Notes under the pieces: model-generated
Seen by the model: only the letters and a program-made list of their open reading frames with translations
Told to the model about the DNA's origin: nothing
The model's database searches: none
Shown: piece by piece, positions 30,069 through 39,936 of the stretch
Numbering within the stretch: position 1 is the first letter of the stretch
How the letters are laid out: each line of letters begins with the position of its first letter
Made by a program: the position numbers and the translations under genes
Source: Cryobacterium sp.
GTDB lineage: Bacteria > Actinomycetota > Actinomycetes > Actinomycetales > Microbacteriaceae
Assembly: GCA_035581905.1 (NCBI GenBank)
Contig: DATISQ010000332.1
Span: 1 to 57,471, forward strand
Reading direction: 5' to 3'
Length of the DNA: 57,471 nucleotides

Positions 30069-30722
30069 TCAGCCGAGTGCTCCCGGCCTCCTGCGGGCGA
30101 CGAAAAACGGCCGGATCGACACCAGGTAGAAGGCGACGATCGCGGCGAGCAACCCCGACGCGGAGGCCCCGGCGGCGACGGCCCAGAGCAGCCGGGGACC
30201 GTCGCCCGACACGACCACGCCGGTGGTGTCGGCGTTCGCGGGCGGCTCCGGCGGCACGATCGCCGGGGCCGGTGTGCTGGAGTCATCCGGGTCATCGGGC
30301 GTCGGGGACCGGCTGGGCTCGGTCGGACCGGGGGCGGCGGGAGCCTGCGTCTCGGCGGGCGTGTTTTTCGGCGCAGCCGGCACGGCCTCCGGCGGTGGCA
30401 TGATGATCGGCGGAGTCGACTCCGGCACGGCCGCGGGTGCCGGCTCCTCCGGCGGCCCGGTGCCGGGATCGTCCGTCGGTGGGGGGAGGTCGGTCGGCCG
30501 GGGAGTCGGAGGAGGCGTCGGCGGGGGTGTCGGTTCGGGGGTGCCTTCCGGGGTGAGGGCGATGCACGGCGAATCCCCGTCGACGACCGGCGCGGTGCCC
30601 TCCGGGCACTCGTCCGCGGTGGCGCCTGCCGCACCGGGTAGCAGTGTCCCGAGCGCCAGCAGTAAAGCGATTCCGGTCGGGAGGCCGGTCTTCGCAGTCA
30701 GGGTGGCGAGGCGTCGATACAC
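30069..30722 (-). CDS. Pro/Thr-rich secreted, membrane-anchored protein
   Basis: Signal peptide, two Cys, PTPPPTPPP linker, C-terminal TM plus RRR tail. Confidence 0.7.
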   Translation of the reverse strand: MYRRLATLTAKTGLPTGIALLLALGTLLPGAAGATADECPEGTAPVVDGDSPCIALTPEGTPEPTPPPTPPPTPRPTDLPPPTDDPGTGPPEEPAPAAVPESTPPIIMPPPEAVPAAPKNTPAETQAPAAPGPTEPSRSPTPDDPDDSSTPAPAIVPPEPPANADTTGVVVSGDGPRLLWAVAAGASASGLLAAIVAFYLVSIRPFFVARRRPGALG

Positions 30723-31023
30723 AGCTGATCCAGGTCCCGTTCGATGGTGCCGTCAGTGTTCTGGTGCAATCGAGTGTGCCATCGGTCCCTGAACGCGTCC
30801 AGTGCATTGGCGGACGACGCGGAGGCATCCTCGCTCCGCACGGAGTGGTCCCGACTGGGAACCGCCCACGGACGCCCGGCATCCGAAATCTGCATCGCCT
30901 GAGCGCGTCGACTCGGATCGGCCGCCGGGCCTGAGTCCCGGCCGGCCCTCGACAAAGTCGAGAGCCGGCGGCAGAATCGGGCGGGGCGGAGCCCGAGCGC
31001 GGCGCCCGCCGGGCGGGAGTCGC

Positions 31024-31713
31024 ATGTTCACGAATCGGAGTGAGGCCGGCCGGAAGCTGGCCGAGAGCCTGGCCGAACGTCTCGCTGCGCTCGAGGTGGA
31101 CGACCCGGTCATCTACGCCCTGCCGCGGGGCGGCGTGCCGGTGGCGGTCGAGGTCGCCCGGCGCCTGCGCGCACCGCTGGACCTCATCCTGGTGCGCAAG
31201 ATCGGGGCGCCGGGCTATCCGGAGGTCGCGATGGGGGCGGTCGTCGACGGCTCGAGCCCGCAGACGATCGTGAACGAGGATGTGTTCGCCGCCACCGGGG
31301 GAGACTCGGTGGGGTTGGCCAGGGCCCGCCGCCGCGAGCTGGCCGAAATCGAACGACGTCGCACCCTCTACCTCGGTGACCGCCCGCGGATCGACCCGCG
31401 GGGTCGTGTCGGCGTGGTCGTGGACGACGGCCTCGCGACAGGGGCCACCGCCCGGGCTGCTCTCGCCGCCCTGAAACGGCAGGGTGCCGCGCTGACGGTG
31501 CTCGCGGTCCCGGTCGCGCCGGCGGAGCTGGTCGTCCAGATGAGGGAGTACGCGGACGTCGTCGTCGTGCTTCAGGCTCCGCAAGAGTTCTGGGCGATCG
31601 GGCCGTTCTACACCGACTTCCACCAGCTCTCCGACGAGGAAACGGTCCGGCTGCTCCATGACGCGTGGGCCGCGGCGGAGTCCGGCCGCCCGCCGGACGA
31701 CGTGCGCACCTGA
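31024..31713 (+). CDS. Phosphoribosyltransferase (Rv0571c-like)
   Basis: MFTNRSEAGR, LPRGGVPVA, VVDDGLATGAT PRPP loop, FYTDFHQLSDEE. Confidence 0.88.
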   Translation: MFTNRSEAGRKLAESLAERLAALEVDDPVIYALPRGGVPVAVEVARRLRAPLDLILVRKIGAPGYPEVAMGAVVDGSSPQTIVNEDVFAATGGDSVGLARARRRELAEIERRRTLYLGDRPRIDPRGRVGVVVDDGLATGATARAALAALKRQGAALTVLAVPVAPAELVVQMREYADVVVVLQAPQEFWAIGPFYTDFHQLSDEETVRLLHDAWAAAESGRPPDDVRT

Positions 31714-31771
31714 CGGCGGTTCGACGGATGCCCGCGCGGCCGGCGCGGCCCCGACCCGGCAGAATGGGGAG

Positions 31772-33532
31772 GTGTACCTTCTGGCAAGTCGAATGGGCAA
31801 CGGGGAGATCCTCGTGTTGCCCCTCGACGCCGAGGGCGCTGCCGCCGGGTCCGCACTTCGTGTGCCAGTCCACGAATTCCCCGGCTATGTGCTCGGTCAG
31901 GAGCCCGGCCGGCCCCGCTGGGTGTGGGAGGACACGGCCCGCATCTACCCGCTGCTGCTGGAGGCCGGGGTCAGGGTGCACCGCGCCCACGACCTGCGCC
32001 TGTGCCACGCGATCCTGCGCCAGTCGTCCCTGACCGAGGCGAGTGCACTGGCCCGGGCCGAGCCGAGCCGCTGGGACCGGGCGGCGGCCTTCGAGCCGGC
32101 CGCCGGCGCATCCGCGGTGACCCTCTTCGACCTGTTCGACGGCGACGGCGATGGCGACGACGACGACGGCGACGGCGACGGCGTCGGCGTCGACCAGGGC
32201 GAGAGGGGCCGCGACGCCGGGTCCGGTGTTGCGGCGGAATTCCGGCGTCAGCTCGACGCGGTCCGCAGCTGCGCGGCGCCCGGTCGGCTCCGGCTGCTGC
32301 TTGCCGCGGAATCGGCCGGGGCTCTCATCGCCGCCGAGATGCAGTTCGCGGGCCTGCCGTGGCGCACCGACGTGCACGACGCCCTGCTGACTCGCGAACT
32401 GGGCCCCCGCGTGGCCCCGGGAGTCCGGCCCGATCGCCTCGAACATCTCGCCCGGCGCATCCGTGTCAGCCTCGGCGAGCCCGGACTCAACCCCGACTCC
32501 CAGCCCGACCTGATGCGGGCCCTGCAGCAGGTCGGCCTGCGGGTGGCGTCCACCCGCGCGTGGGAGCTCAAGGAGCTCACCCACCCGGTGATCGCACCGC
32601 TGCTCGAGTACAAGAAGCTGGCCCGGCTGCTCAGCGCGAACGGCTGGTACTGGATGGACACCTGGATCGTCGACGGCCGGTTCCACCCCGAGTACATCCC
32701 CGGCGGGGTGGTGACGGGCCGCTGGGCCACCCGGGGCGGGGGAGCGCTGCAGCTGCCCAAACAGGTGCGCGGAGCCGTCGTCGCCGACGCCGGCTGGAAA
32801 CTCGTGGTCGCGGATGCCGCACAGCTGGAACCGCGCATCCTCGCCGCCCTGTCGGCTGACACCGCCATGGCCGAGGCCGGCCGGGGAACGGACCTGTACG
32901 CCGGGATCGTCGCCGGGGGAGTCGTGGAAACCCGCGAACACGCCAAGGTCGCCATGCTCGGGGCCATGTACGGCGCCACCAGCGGGGAGAGCGGGCGCCT
33001 GCTGCCCCGGCTTGCGAAGGCTTTCCCGCGCGCCCTCGCGCTCACCGAGACGGCCGCGCGGGCCGGGGAGCGCGGTGAGAGCGTGACGACCCGGCTCGGG
33101 CGCTCCTCACCGCGGCCCGGGGAACGCTGGCTGGTCACGCAGGCGCAGGCCTATGACCCCGGGGCGACGGACGCCGACGAACGACGGGCGCGCAGCCAGG
33201 CACGTGACTGGGGCCGGTTCACCCGTAATTTCATCGTGCAGGGCAGCGCGGCGGAATGGGCGCTGTGCTGGATGGCGGAGGTGCGCCGGGAGCTGCGGAT
33301 GCTGCCGCTGGGCGGCCCGGACGTCTCCGGGTCGGAATTCGACCGGGCCCCGCACCTGGTCTTCTTCCTGCACGACGAGGTCATGGTGCACACGCCCGCC
33401 GTGCTCGCCGACGCCGTCGAGGAGATCATCCGGCGCGCGGCGGACACCGCCGGCCGGCACCTGTTCGGCGATTTCCCGGTCGACTTCCTGCTCACCGTCG
33501 CGACCGTCGACAGCTACGCGCAGGCGAAATAG
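31772..33532 (+). CDS. Family A polymerase without a 5' nuclease (bifunctional 3'-5' exonuclease/DNA polymerase type)
   Basis: Motif A ADAAQLEPR, motif B AKVAMLGAMYG, motif C LHDE; TGR and NFIVQGSAAE. Confidence 0.87.
   Translation: MYLLASRMGNGEILVLPLDAEGAAAGSALRVPVHEFPGYVLGQEPGRPRWVWEDTARIYPLLLEAGVRVHRAHDLRLCHAILRQSSLTEASALARAEPSRWDRAAAFEPAAGASAVTLFDLFDGDGDGDDDDGDGDGVGVDQGERGRDAGSGVAAEFRRQLDAVRSCAAPGRLRLLLAAESAGALIAAEMQFAGLPWRTDVHDALLTRELGPRVAPGVRPDRLEHLARRIRVSLGEPGLNPDSQPDLMRALQQVGLRVASTRAWELKELTHPVIAPLLEYKKLARLLSANGWYWMDTWIVDGRFHPEYIPGGVVTGRWATRGGGALQLPKQVRGAVVADAGWKLVVADAAQLEPRILAALSADTAMAEAGRGTDLYAGIVAGGVVETREHAKVAMLGAMYGATSGESGRLLPRLAKAFPRALALTETAARAGERGESVTTRLGRSSPRPGERWLVTQAQAYDPGATDADERRARSQARDWGRFTRNFIVQGSAAEWALCWMAEVRRELRMLPLGGPDVSGSEFDRAPHLVFFLHDEVMVHTPAVLADAVEEIIRRAADTAGRHLFGDFPVDFLLTVATVDSYAQAK
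32138..32194 (+). repeat. GAC/GGC low-complexity tract
   Basis: Encodes DGDGDGDDDDGDGDGVGVD inside the polymerase. Confidence 0.75.
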
Positions 33533-33583
33533 CGGCCGCGACGGTGGCGGCATCCTGCTGGTCGCCCCTGCTGGTCGAACCGG

Positions 33584-34198
33584 TCAGGCGACGGATGCCG
33601 GCCGTCGCCCGCGCTTCGGCCGCACGTCGTTCAGTCCGTGCCGGAAGGTCTCGGCGGAGCTGTCGGCGAGCATCGCGTCCACGTCTCGAAGCCAGGCCAG
33701 GGCGGCTGCGGCCAGCGCCGCCCGGGCGGCGCCCGCCAGGCGCTCCGCTCCCGTGCGTGCGGAGGCCGTGTCAGCGGGCGTCCTGCCCGCGGGGGTCAGG
33801 GCGGCGAACTCGGCGACCGCCTGCCACCGCCGCCGGTACCCGGCAACGATGTCGCGCGCATCGACGCCGGGCACCAGGGGGTGAGGGAGGGAGGCGGCAA
33901 TCAGGACCCGGTCGACCAGGTCGTTCCACTCGTCGCCGGGAGCGCTCTCGGTGTCGGTCAGCCAGTGCAATGCCTCCGCCCGGCCGAGGGCGGTGATCCG
34001 GTACAGCGGGAGCCCGTCCGCTGTGCTGCCGGCCGACTCAACGGCCTGGTGTTTCACCAGCCGCTCGAGGGTGCCGTAGATCTGCCCGACGTTGACCACC
34101 CGCCGGCCGGCGGTTCTGGACTCCAGTTCGCCGTGCAGCTGGAAACCGTAGGCAGGACCGATCGTGAGGATCGCCAACAGGCAGCTGCGCACAGACAT
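33584..34198 (-). CDS. PadR family transcriptional regulator
   Basis: LLAIL..GPAYGFQL, NVGQIYGTLERL, YRITALG. Confidence 0.88.
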   Translation of the reverse strand: MSVRSCLLAILTIGPAYGFQLHGELESRTAGRRVVNVGQIYGTLERLVKHQAVESAGSTADGLPLYRITALGRAEALHWLTDTESAPGDEWNDLVDRVLIAASLPHPLVPGVDARDIVAGYRRRWQAVAEFAALTPAGRTPADTASARTGAERLAGAARAALAAAALAWLRDVDAMLADSSAETFRHGLNDVRPKRGRRPASVA

Positions 34199-34419
34199 GG
34201 GACCTCCGGTGGTCAGGGAATAACCATACTGAGTATAGCGAACGGGGAGCCGGGCTCTGGATCGCTCCTTGTGATCGCACGGGTCGCTGAGGCATAATTC
34301 AGGGGTGCAGCGCCTCGCGTTGCGCTTTGACAGGATTGTTCTCGACAAGTTCACAGCACGCCGCATTGTTTCGTTCAGAGGTCGTTGGGGAAGACGCACC
34401 TCACAGAACGGGAGAGACG

Positions 34420-34941
34420 ATGGTGGCTATACACGCTCGGCAGGCGGCGACTGCGCGGGGTCTCATTTACGTGCATTCTTCGCCTCGCGCGCTGAGTCCT
34501 CATGTGGAGTGGGCTGTGGGCCATGCCCTCGGTGAGCCCGTGAGTTTTGACTGGTCCGAGCAGCCGGTGCTCCGCGGGTCGCAGCGGGCCGAGTACTACT
34601 GGGAGGGCGCCCGCGGCACGGGTGCTCGGCTCGCTTCCGCGCTCCGGGGGTGGGACCACCTCCGCTTCGAGGTCACCGAGGACGCGGGTTTCGGCACCGA
34701 TGGGGGGCGCTGGTTGCACACGCCCGACCTGGGGATCTTCTTCGCCCAGACGGACACGGCCGGTAACGTCGTGATCCCGGAGGATCGGCTGCGGCATGCG
34801 ATGGACCTGGCCGGGACGAACGCTCTGGATCTCCACCGGCAGCTGCGCATCGCCCTCGGACAGGCCTGGGATGACGAGCTCGAACCGTTCCGGCATGCCA
34901 GCGACTTCAACTCCGTGGTGTGGTTGCACCAGGTGGGGTGA
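34420..34941 (+). CDS. DUF3145 domain protein
   Basis: RGLIYVHSSPRALSPHVEWA, WDDELEPFR; usual neighbour of actinobacterial fab clusters. Confidence 0.88.
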   Translation: MVAIHARQAATARGLIYVHSSPRALSPHVEWAVGHALGEPVSFDWSEQPVLRGSQRAEYYWEGARGTGARLASALRGWDHLRFEVTEDAGFGTDGGRWLHTPDLGIFFAQTDTAGNVVIPEDRLRHAMDLAGTNALDLHRQLRIALGQAWDDELEPFRHASDFNSVVWLHQVG

Positions 34942-34968
34942 CGCTTCGACGCCAGCCTGCTCCCGAAA

Positions 34969-35005
34969 GCAGAAGACCCCGACCGGTGCGGTCGGGGTCT
35001 TCTGC
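34969..35005. terminator. Bidirectional terminator-like hairpin
   Basis: Perfect 17-bp stem GCAGAAGACCCCGACCG / CGGTCGGGGTCTTCTGC between convergent genes. Confidence 0.8.
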
Positions 35006-35034
35006 GGTGCCGGCGGAGGTTCCGCCGGGTGGAA

Positions 35035-36270
35035 CTAGATGGAACGGAACGCGACGACGGCGTTGTGGCCGCCGAACCCGAACGAGTTGCTGATGGCAAG
35101 CAGGTCGCCCGATGGCAACGTGCGCGGCATGGTCACCACGTCGAGCGGGATGCTCGGGTCCTGGTTTGCCAGGTTGATGGTCGGCGGGGCCAGACGCTCG
35201 GCCAGGGCGAGAACCGTGAACAGGGCCTCGATCGCCCCGGCACCGCCGAGGAGGTGGCCGGTGGAGGCCTTGGTCGCCGACACCGGGATGCCGTCGAGCA
35301 GGTCGCCGAACACGCGGCGCAGTGCGTTGTACTCGGCGATGTCGCCGACGGGCGTGCTGGTTGCATGCGCGTTGATGTGCGAGACGTCCGCGAGGCTCGC
35401 GCCGGCATTCTTGATCGCGGTGACCATCGCGCGGGCCGCCGCCGTGCCCTCCGGGTCCGGAGCGGTGATGTGGTACGCGTCGCTGGTCACGGCGCCGCCG
35501 AGGAGCTCCGCGTAGATGCGAGCGCCGCGGGCCTTGGCATGGTCTTCGGTCTCGACGACGAGCGCCGCGGCACCCTCGCCGAGGACGAAGCCGTCGCGAG
35601 TGATGTCGTAGGGACGAGACGCGGTGGCCGGGTCGTCATTGCGCTTGGACAAGGCCTGCATGGCCGCGAAGGAGGCGATCGGCAGCGGGTGGATCGCGGC
35701 CTCGGAACCACCGGCGATGACGATGTCGGCGAGTCCGGCCTGCAGGCGGTTGTAGGCGTTCACGAGCGATTCGGTGCTCGAGGCGCACGCCGAGACGACC
35801 GTGGTGATTCCGGCCCGGGCGTGCAGGTCCATTCCGATGGCCGCTCCCGGGCCGTTCGGCATGAGCATGGGCACGGTCATCGGCAGGACGCGGCGCGGAC
35901 CGCGTTCGCGGAGGGTGTCCCACGCGTCGAGGAGGGTCCAGACTCCACCGATTCCGGTGGCCCAGTCGACGGCCAGCCGTTCGGGGTCCGCCTCGGGGGA
36001 GCCGGCGTCCGCCCAGGCTTCACGTCCGGCGATCAGCGCGAACTGGCTGGAGGGGTCGAGACGCTTCGTCTCGTGACGGGCCAGGACGTCGATCGACGGA
36101 ACCCTGGCCTGGGCGGCGAAAGTCACCGGGAGTTGAGTCCGGGCCACCCATTCGTGGTCGAGCGTGCTCGTCCCCGATTCGCCGGCGAGCAGGGCAGACC
36201 AGCTGTCGGCGGCCGTGCCGCCGAGAGGGGAGGTCGCACCAATGCCGGTGATAACGATTTTTTTGGTCAT
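35035..36270 (-). CDS. fabF: Beta-ketoacyl-ACP synthase II
   Basis: SACAS, NAHATST, GHLLG, SNSFGFGG. Confidence 0.95.
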   Translation of the reverse strand: MTKKIVITGIGATSPLGGTAADSWSALLAGESGTSTLDHEWVARTQLPVTFAAQARVPSIDVLARHETKRLDPSSQFALIAGREAWADAGSPEADPERLAVDWATGIGGVWTLLDAWDTLRERGPRRVLPMTVPMLMPNGPGAAIGMDLHARAGITTVVSACASSTESLVNAYNRLQAGLADIVIAGGSEAAIHPLPIASFAAMQALSKRNDDPATASRPYDITRDGFVLGEGAAALVVETEDHAKARGARIYAELLGGAVTSDAYHITAPDPEGTAAARAMVTAIKNAGASLADVSHINAHATSTPVGDIAEYNALRRVFGDLLDGIPVSATKASTGHLLGGAGAIEALFTVLALAERLAPPTINLANQDPSIPLDVVTMPRTLPSGDLLAISNSFGFGGHNAVVAFRSI

Positions 36271-36318
36271 AACGTTAACTCTCCGTGAGTCGTGCAAACG
36301 TGGGTCTCACCCACAGAT

Positions 36319-36348
36319 CAGGCCGGTCGGCGGATGCCGACCGGCCTG
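36319..36348 (-). terminator. Hairpin between acpP and fabF (partial terminator or mRNA stabiliser)
   Basis: 13-bp perfect stem CAGGCCGGTCGGC / GCCGACCGGCCTG. Confidence 0.6.
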
Positions 36349-36360
36349 TTCATTGGTGGA

Positions 36361-36609
36361 TTAGACCTGAGCCTTGACGATGAAGTCGACGGCGTCGCCG
36401 ACGGACTTGAGGTTCTTGACCTCTTCGTCGGGGATCTTGACGTCGAACTTCTCTTCGGCGTTGACGACGATGGTCATCATCGAGATGGAGTCGATGTCCA
36501 GATCTTCGGTGAATGACTTCCCCATCTCAACCGTGTCGGCCGCGATGCCAGTCTCGTCGTTGATGAGTTCGGCCAGGCCGGCAAGAACTTCTTCGGTGGA
36601 CAGTGCCAT
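36361..36609 (-). CDS. acpP: Acyl carrier protein
   Basis: DLDIDSISM phosphopantetheine site; acidic 82-aa protein. Confidence 0.96.
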   Translation of the reverse strand: MALSTEEVLAGLAELINDETGIAADTVEMGKSFTEDLDIDSISMMTIVVNAEEKFDVKIPDEEVKNLKSVGDAVDFIVKAQV

Positions 36610-36673
36610 GTTATTTCTCCTTGGGGGTGTCTCGTATGACCGAGACTCAGTTTAGAGGGGGGTTGAGTGAAAT

Positions 36674-37678
36674 CTAGGGAAGCACGACGACCTGCGCGCC
36701 GAACACCAGTCCGGCGCCGAAGCCGATCTGGAGGGCGAGGCCACCGCTGAGCTCGGGGTGCTCTTCGAGCAGTCGGTGGGTGGCCAACGGGATCGACGCC
36801 GATGACGTGTTCCCGGTGGTGGCGACGTCGCGGGCGACGATGACGGAGTCGGGGAGCTTGAGCTGCTTGGCGAATTCGTCGATGATGCGCATATTGGCCT
36901 GGTGCGGGATGAAGGCGGCGAGCTGGTCGCTCTGGATGCCCGCAACCTGCAGGGCTTCCTTGGCCACCTTCGCCATGTTCCAGACGGCCCAGCGGAAGAC
37001 TGTCTGGCCCTCCTGGCGCAGGGTGGGCCACTCGGATTCGCCCCGGCGGTATTCCTGCAGGGTGTGGTTCATGGTGATGGCGTCGGCCTTGGACCCATCG
37101 GATCCCCACACGGTGGGTGCGATGCCCGGGTAGTCGCTCGGGCCGATGACGACGGCGCCGGCGCCGTCGCCGAGGAGGAACGAGATGCTGCGGTCCGTGG
37201 GATCGACGAGGTCGGACAGCTTCTCCGCGCCGATGACGAGGGCGTAGTGGGCCGTTCCCGTGCGGATCAGCGAATCCGCCTGAGCGACGGCGTAGGCGTA
37301 CCCGGCGCAGGCGGCGTTGACGTCGTAGGCGGCGGCGGGGTTGGCGCCGACCCGATCGGCGACCACGGCGGCAATGGACGGCGTCTGCCGGCTGTTGCTG
37401 ATGGTGGCCACGATGACGGCGTCGATCAGGTGCGGCTCGATGCCGGACCTCTCGATGGCCTCGCGGGCGGCATCCGTCGCGAGGTCGACGGCCTGGACGC
37501 CCTGGCTCGCCCGGGTGCGGGTGATGATGCCGGTCCGCTGCTGGATCCATTCATCGGATGAATCGATCGGACCGACCAGGTCGTCGTTGGGCACGACGAG
37601 GTCGCCGCGGGCGGCACCGACAGAGAGGATCCGGGTGTACTGGGGACCGTGCGACTGCTGGAGTGTTGGCTTGGTCAT
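36674..37678 (-). CDS. fabH: Beta-ketoacyl-ACP synthase III
   Basis: AACAG, PHQAN, GNTSSAS, GFGAG. Confidence 0.95.
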   Translation of the reverse strand: MTKPTLQQSHGPQYTRILSVGAARGDLVVPNDDLVGPIDSSDEWIQQRTGIITRTRASQGVQAVDLATDAAREAIERSGIEPHLIDAVIVATISNSRQTPSIAAVVADRVGANPAAAYDVNAACAGYAYAVAQADSLIRTGTAHYALVIGAEKLSDLVDPTDRSISFLLGDGAGAVVIGPSDYPGIAPTVWGSDGSKADAITMNHTLQEYRRGESEWPTLRQEGQTVFRWAVWNMAKVAKEALQVAGIQSDQLAAFIPHQANMRIIDEFAKQLKLPDSVIVARDVATTGNTSSASIPLATHRLLEEHPELSGGLALQIGFGAGLVFGAQVVVLP

Positions 37679-37690
37679 ATTCTCTTTCGG

Positions 37691-38617
37691 TCAGACTTGG
37701 TTCTGCTGGTCGATCAGTTCGAACGCAGCGGGCAGGTCGTCCGGCGTCTTGATCGCGACACTGGGCACGCCCTTGAGTGCACGTTTGGCCAGGCCGACGA
37801 GGGCCCCGCCCGGTGCGACCTCGATGATTCCGGTCACGCCGGCATCGGCGAATGAACGCATGCACAGGTCCCACCGTACCGGCGAGGACACCTGATCGAC
37901 CAGTAACTCCACGAACCGGGTGCCGCTGGAGACCACGCTGCCGTCACGGTTCGTCCAGATCGGGAGCGACGGATCGGCGGGTACGAGCTGTGCGGCAACC
38001 TGGGTGAGGTGGCTCACCGCCGGCTGCATATACCGCGTGTGGAAAGCGCCGGCCACCTGCAACGGAATCACCCGGGTGCGCGGAGTGGGGTTCTCGGCGA
38101 GAGCGGCCAGGGCGGCGAGGGAGCCGGCGACGACGATCTGGCCACCTCCGTTGAAGTTGGCCGGCGCGAGGTCGAGCTCGTCGAGGCGGGCCAGGAGCTC
38201 GGTTTCGTCCCCGCCCAGCACGGCGCTCATCCCGGACGGCTCCAGAGCCGCGGCTTCCGCCATGGAATTGCCGCGTTCGCGCACGAAACGCACGGCGTCC
38301 GCCGCGCTGAGGATGCCGGCGCCGGCAGCGGCCGTGATCTCGCCGACCGAGTGACCGGCGATTCCGGCGATGCGGTCACGCCTCCCGTCGGCAAGGAGAG
38401 CGTCCAGGGTGAGGAGCCCCGCGGCGACGAGGAGCGGTTGGGCGATCCGGGTGTCGCGGATGGTGTCGGCGTCGCTCACGGTGCCGTGTCGCACCAGGTC
38501 GATTCCGCAGGCAGCGGAGATCTCGTCCAGGCCGGCGGCGAAGGTGGGGTCCCGGAGCCAGGGCTCGAGGAAACCGGGGGTTTGCGAGCCCTGACCGGGG
38601 CAGACGACAACAATCAT
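37691..38617 (-). CDS. fabD: ACP S-malonyltransferase
   Basis: PGQGSQ, GHSVGE, GAFHT. Confidence 0.95.
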   Translation of the reverse strand: MIVVVCPGQGSQTPGFLEPWLRDPTFAAGLDEISAACGIDLVRHGTVSDADTIRDTRIAQPLLVAAGLLTLDALLADGRRDRIAGIAGHSVGEITAAAGAGILSAADAVRFVRERGNSMAEAAALEPSGMSAVLGGDETELLARLDELDLAPANFNGGGQIVVAGSLAALAALAENPTPRTRVIPLQVAGAFHTRYMQPAVSHLTQVAAQLVPADPSLPIWTNRDGSVVSSGTRFVELLVDQVSSPVRWDLCMRSFADAGVTGIIEVAPGGALVGLAKRALKGVPSVAIKTPDDLPAAFELIDQQNQV

Positions 38618-38722
38618 TGAACCAGTCTTCCAAGCTCGGTTGCCGTCGGCGTGTCGGAGATCAACCAACTATTCGGGGAACGTTTGTCGTATCCCGCTAG
38701 TTCGCGGTCTCCGGCGGCGCCG

Positions 38723-39928
38723 CTACCGGCGGCGGGTGGAGCCGTCGTGGTCGCTGATCGACCCGATGATCAGCGCGGCCTGCAGGATGAGTGCTTCGCG
38801 AGCCCCGGTGGCGTCGTAGCCGATCACCTCCGACACCCGCTTCAGGCGGTATCGCACGGTGTTCGGGTGCACGAAGAGTTCCCGCGCCGTGGCCTCCAGG
38901 GAGCGCCCGTTGTCCAGGTAGCACCACAGCGTGGTGAGCAGCTCGGTGGAATGCGCCTGGAGCGGGCGGTAGATGCGGTGGATCAGCGTGGCGCGGGCGA
39001 GCGGGTCTCCGGCCAGGGCCCGCTCGGGGAGCAGATCGTCGGCCTGCACCGGGCGCGGGGCATTGCGCCAGGAGCGGGCCACGGCGAAGCCCGCCAGGGC
39101 GGCCTTGGCGCTCTTGGACGCGTCGACGAGGTTCGGCACCTCGTGGCCGAGCACCAGGTGACCGGCGCCGAAGCTCGGCTCGAGCTGCACCGCGATCTCC
39201 ATGAAGCTGAGCGCGGATGCCGTGCCGATCGCGTCATCGGTGTCGGCCGGTGTCGGGTGGGCCCGGCCGATGACCAGGACCAGCCGGTTGCCCTGCACCC
39301 CGATCAGCACGTCGGCGGCCATGTGGCGGGCCGAGCGACGCAGGCGGTCGACGTCGAGCATCTTGGGTGTCGTGCCCACGAGCACGCAGACCTCGCCGTG
39401 CCCGTGCCAGCCGAGCGCCGCGATCCGGCTGGGCAGTTCGTCGTCATACTCGCCGCTCAGGATCGAGTCCACGACGAGGGCTTCAAGGCGCACGTCCCAG
39501 AGTCCGCGCGCCTCGGCTGCCCGGGCGTAGACATCCGCCGCACCGAAGGCGATTTCGCGGGAGTACAGCAGGATGGCCTCCCGCAGGATCTCCCCGCCGT
39601 CCTTGACCCGTTCCTCCACCACCTCGACGGTGACACGGATCAGCTGCAGGGTTTGCTGCAGGCTGATCGAGCGCAGCAGTTCACGCGGGGCGGCACCGAA
39701 GACGTCGGCCGCGATCCAGGGAGTGGACCGGGGGTCGTCGAACCAGGAGATGAACGACGTGATCCCGGCCTGGGCGACCAGGCCCACGGCGGATCGCCGC
39801 CCTGGCGGCATATCGCCGTACCAGGGCAGCGTGTCCTCGAGACGTTTCAGCGTCGCCGTGGACAGCTCGCCGGATATCGTTCGCAGCCAGCTGAGCGTCT
39901 GTTCCTTCGTCTTCGGTGTGGGCGGCAC
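38723..39928 (-). CDS. fasR: PucR-family regulator of the fab cluster (FasR-like)
   Basis: C-terminal HTH TARELFVHPNTVRYRL; sits upstream of fabD. Confidence 0.85.
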   Translation of the reverse strand: MPPTPKTKEQTLSWLRTISGELSTATLKRLEDTLPWYGDMPPGRRSAVGLVAQAGITSFISWFDDPRSTPWIAADVFGAAPRELLRSISLQQTLQLIRVTVEVVEERVKDGGEILREAILLYSREIAFGAADVYARAAEARGLWDVRLEALVVDSILSGEYDDELPSRIAALGWHGHGEVCVLVGTTPKMLDVDRLRRSARHMAADVLIGVQGNRLVLVIGRAHPTPADTDDAIGTASALSFMEIAVQLEPSFGAGHLVLGHEVPNLVDASKSAKAALAGFAVARSWRNAPRPVQADDLLPERALAGDPLARATLIHRIYRPLQAHSTELLTTLWCYLDNGRSLEATARELFVHPNTVRYRLKRVSEVIGYDATGAREALILQAALIIGSISDHDGSTRRR

Positions 39929-39936
39929 GGGGGCTG

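Noticed and set aside
30925-30941. Palindrome CCGGGCCTGAGTCCCGG as a DosR box
   Set aside because: One base short between half-sites and unlike the three matching local boxes
38651-38701. FasR/MabR-type TTGT-N9-ACAA sites upstream of fabD
   Set aside because: Only one half-site matches in each copy; plausible but too degenerate to call
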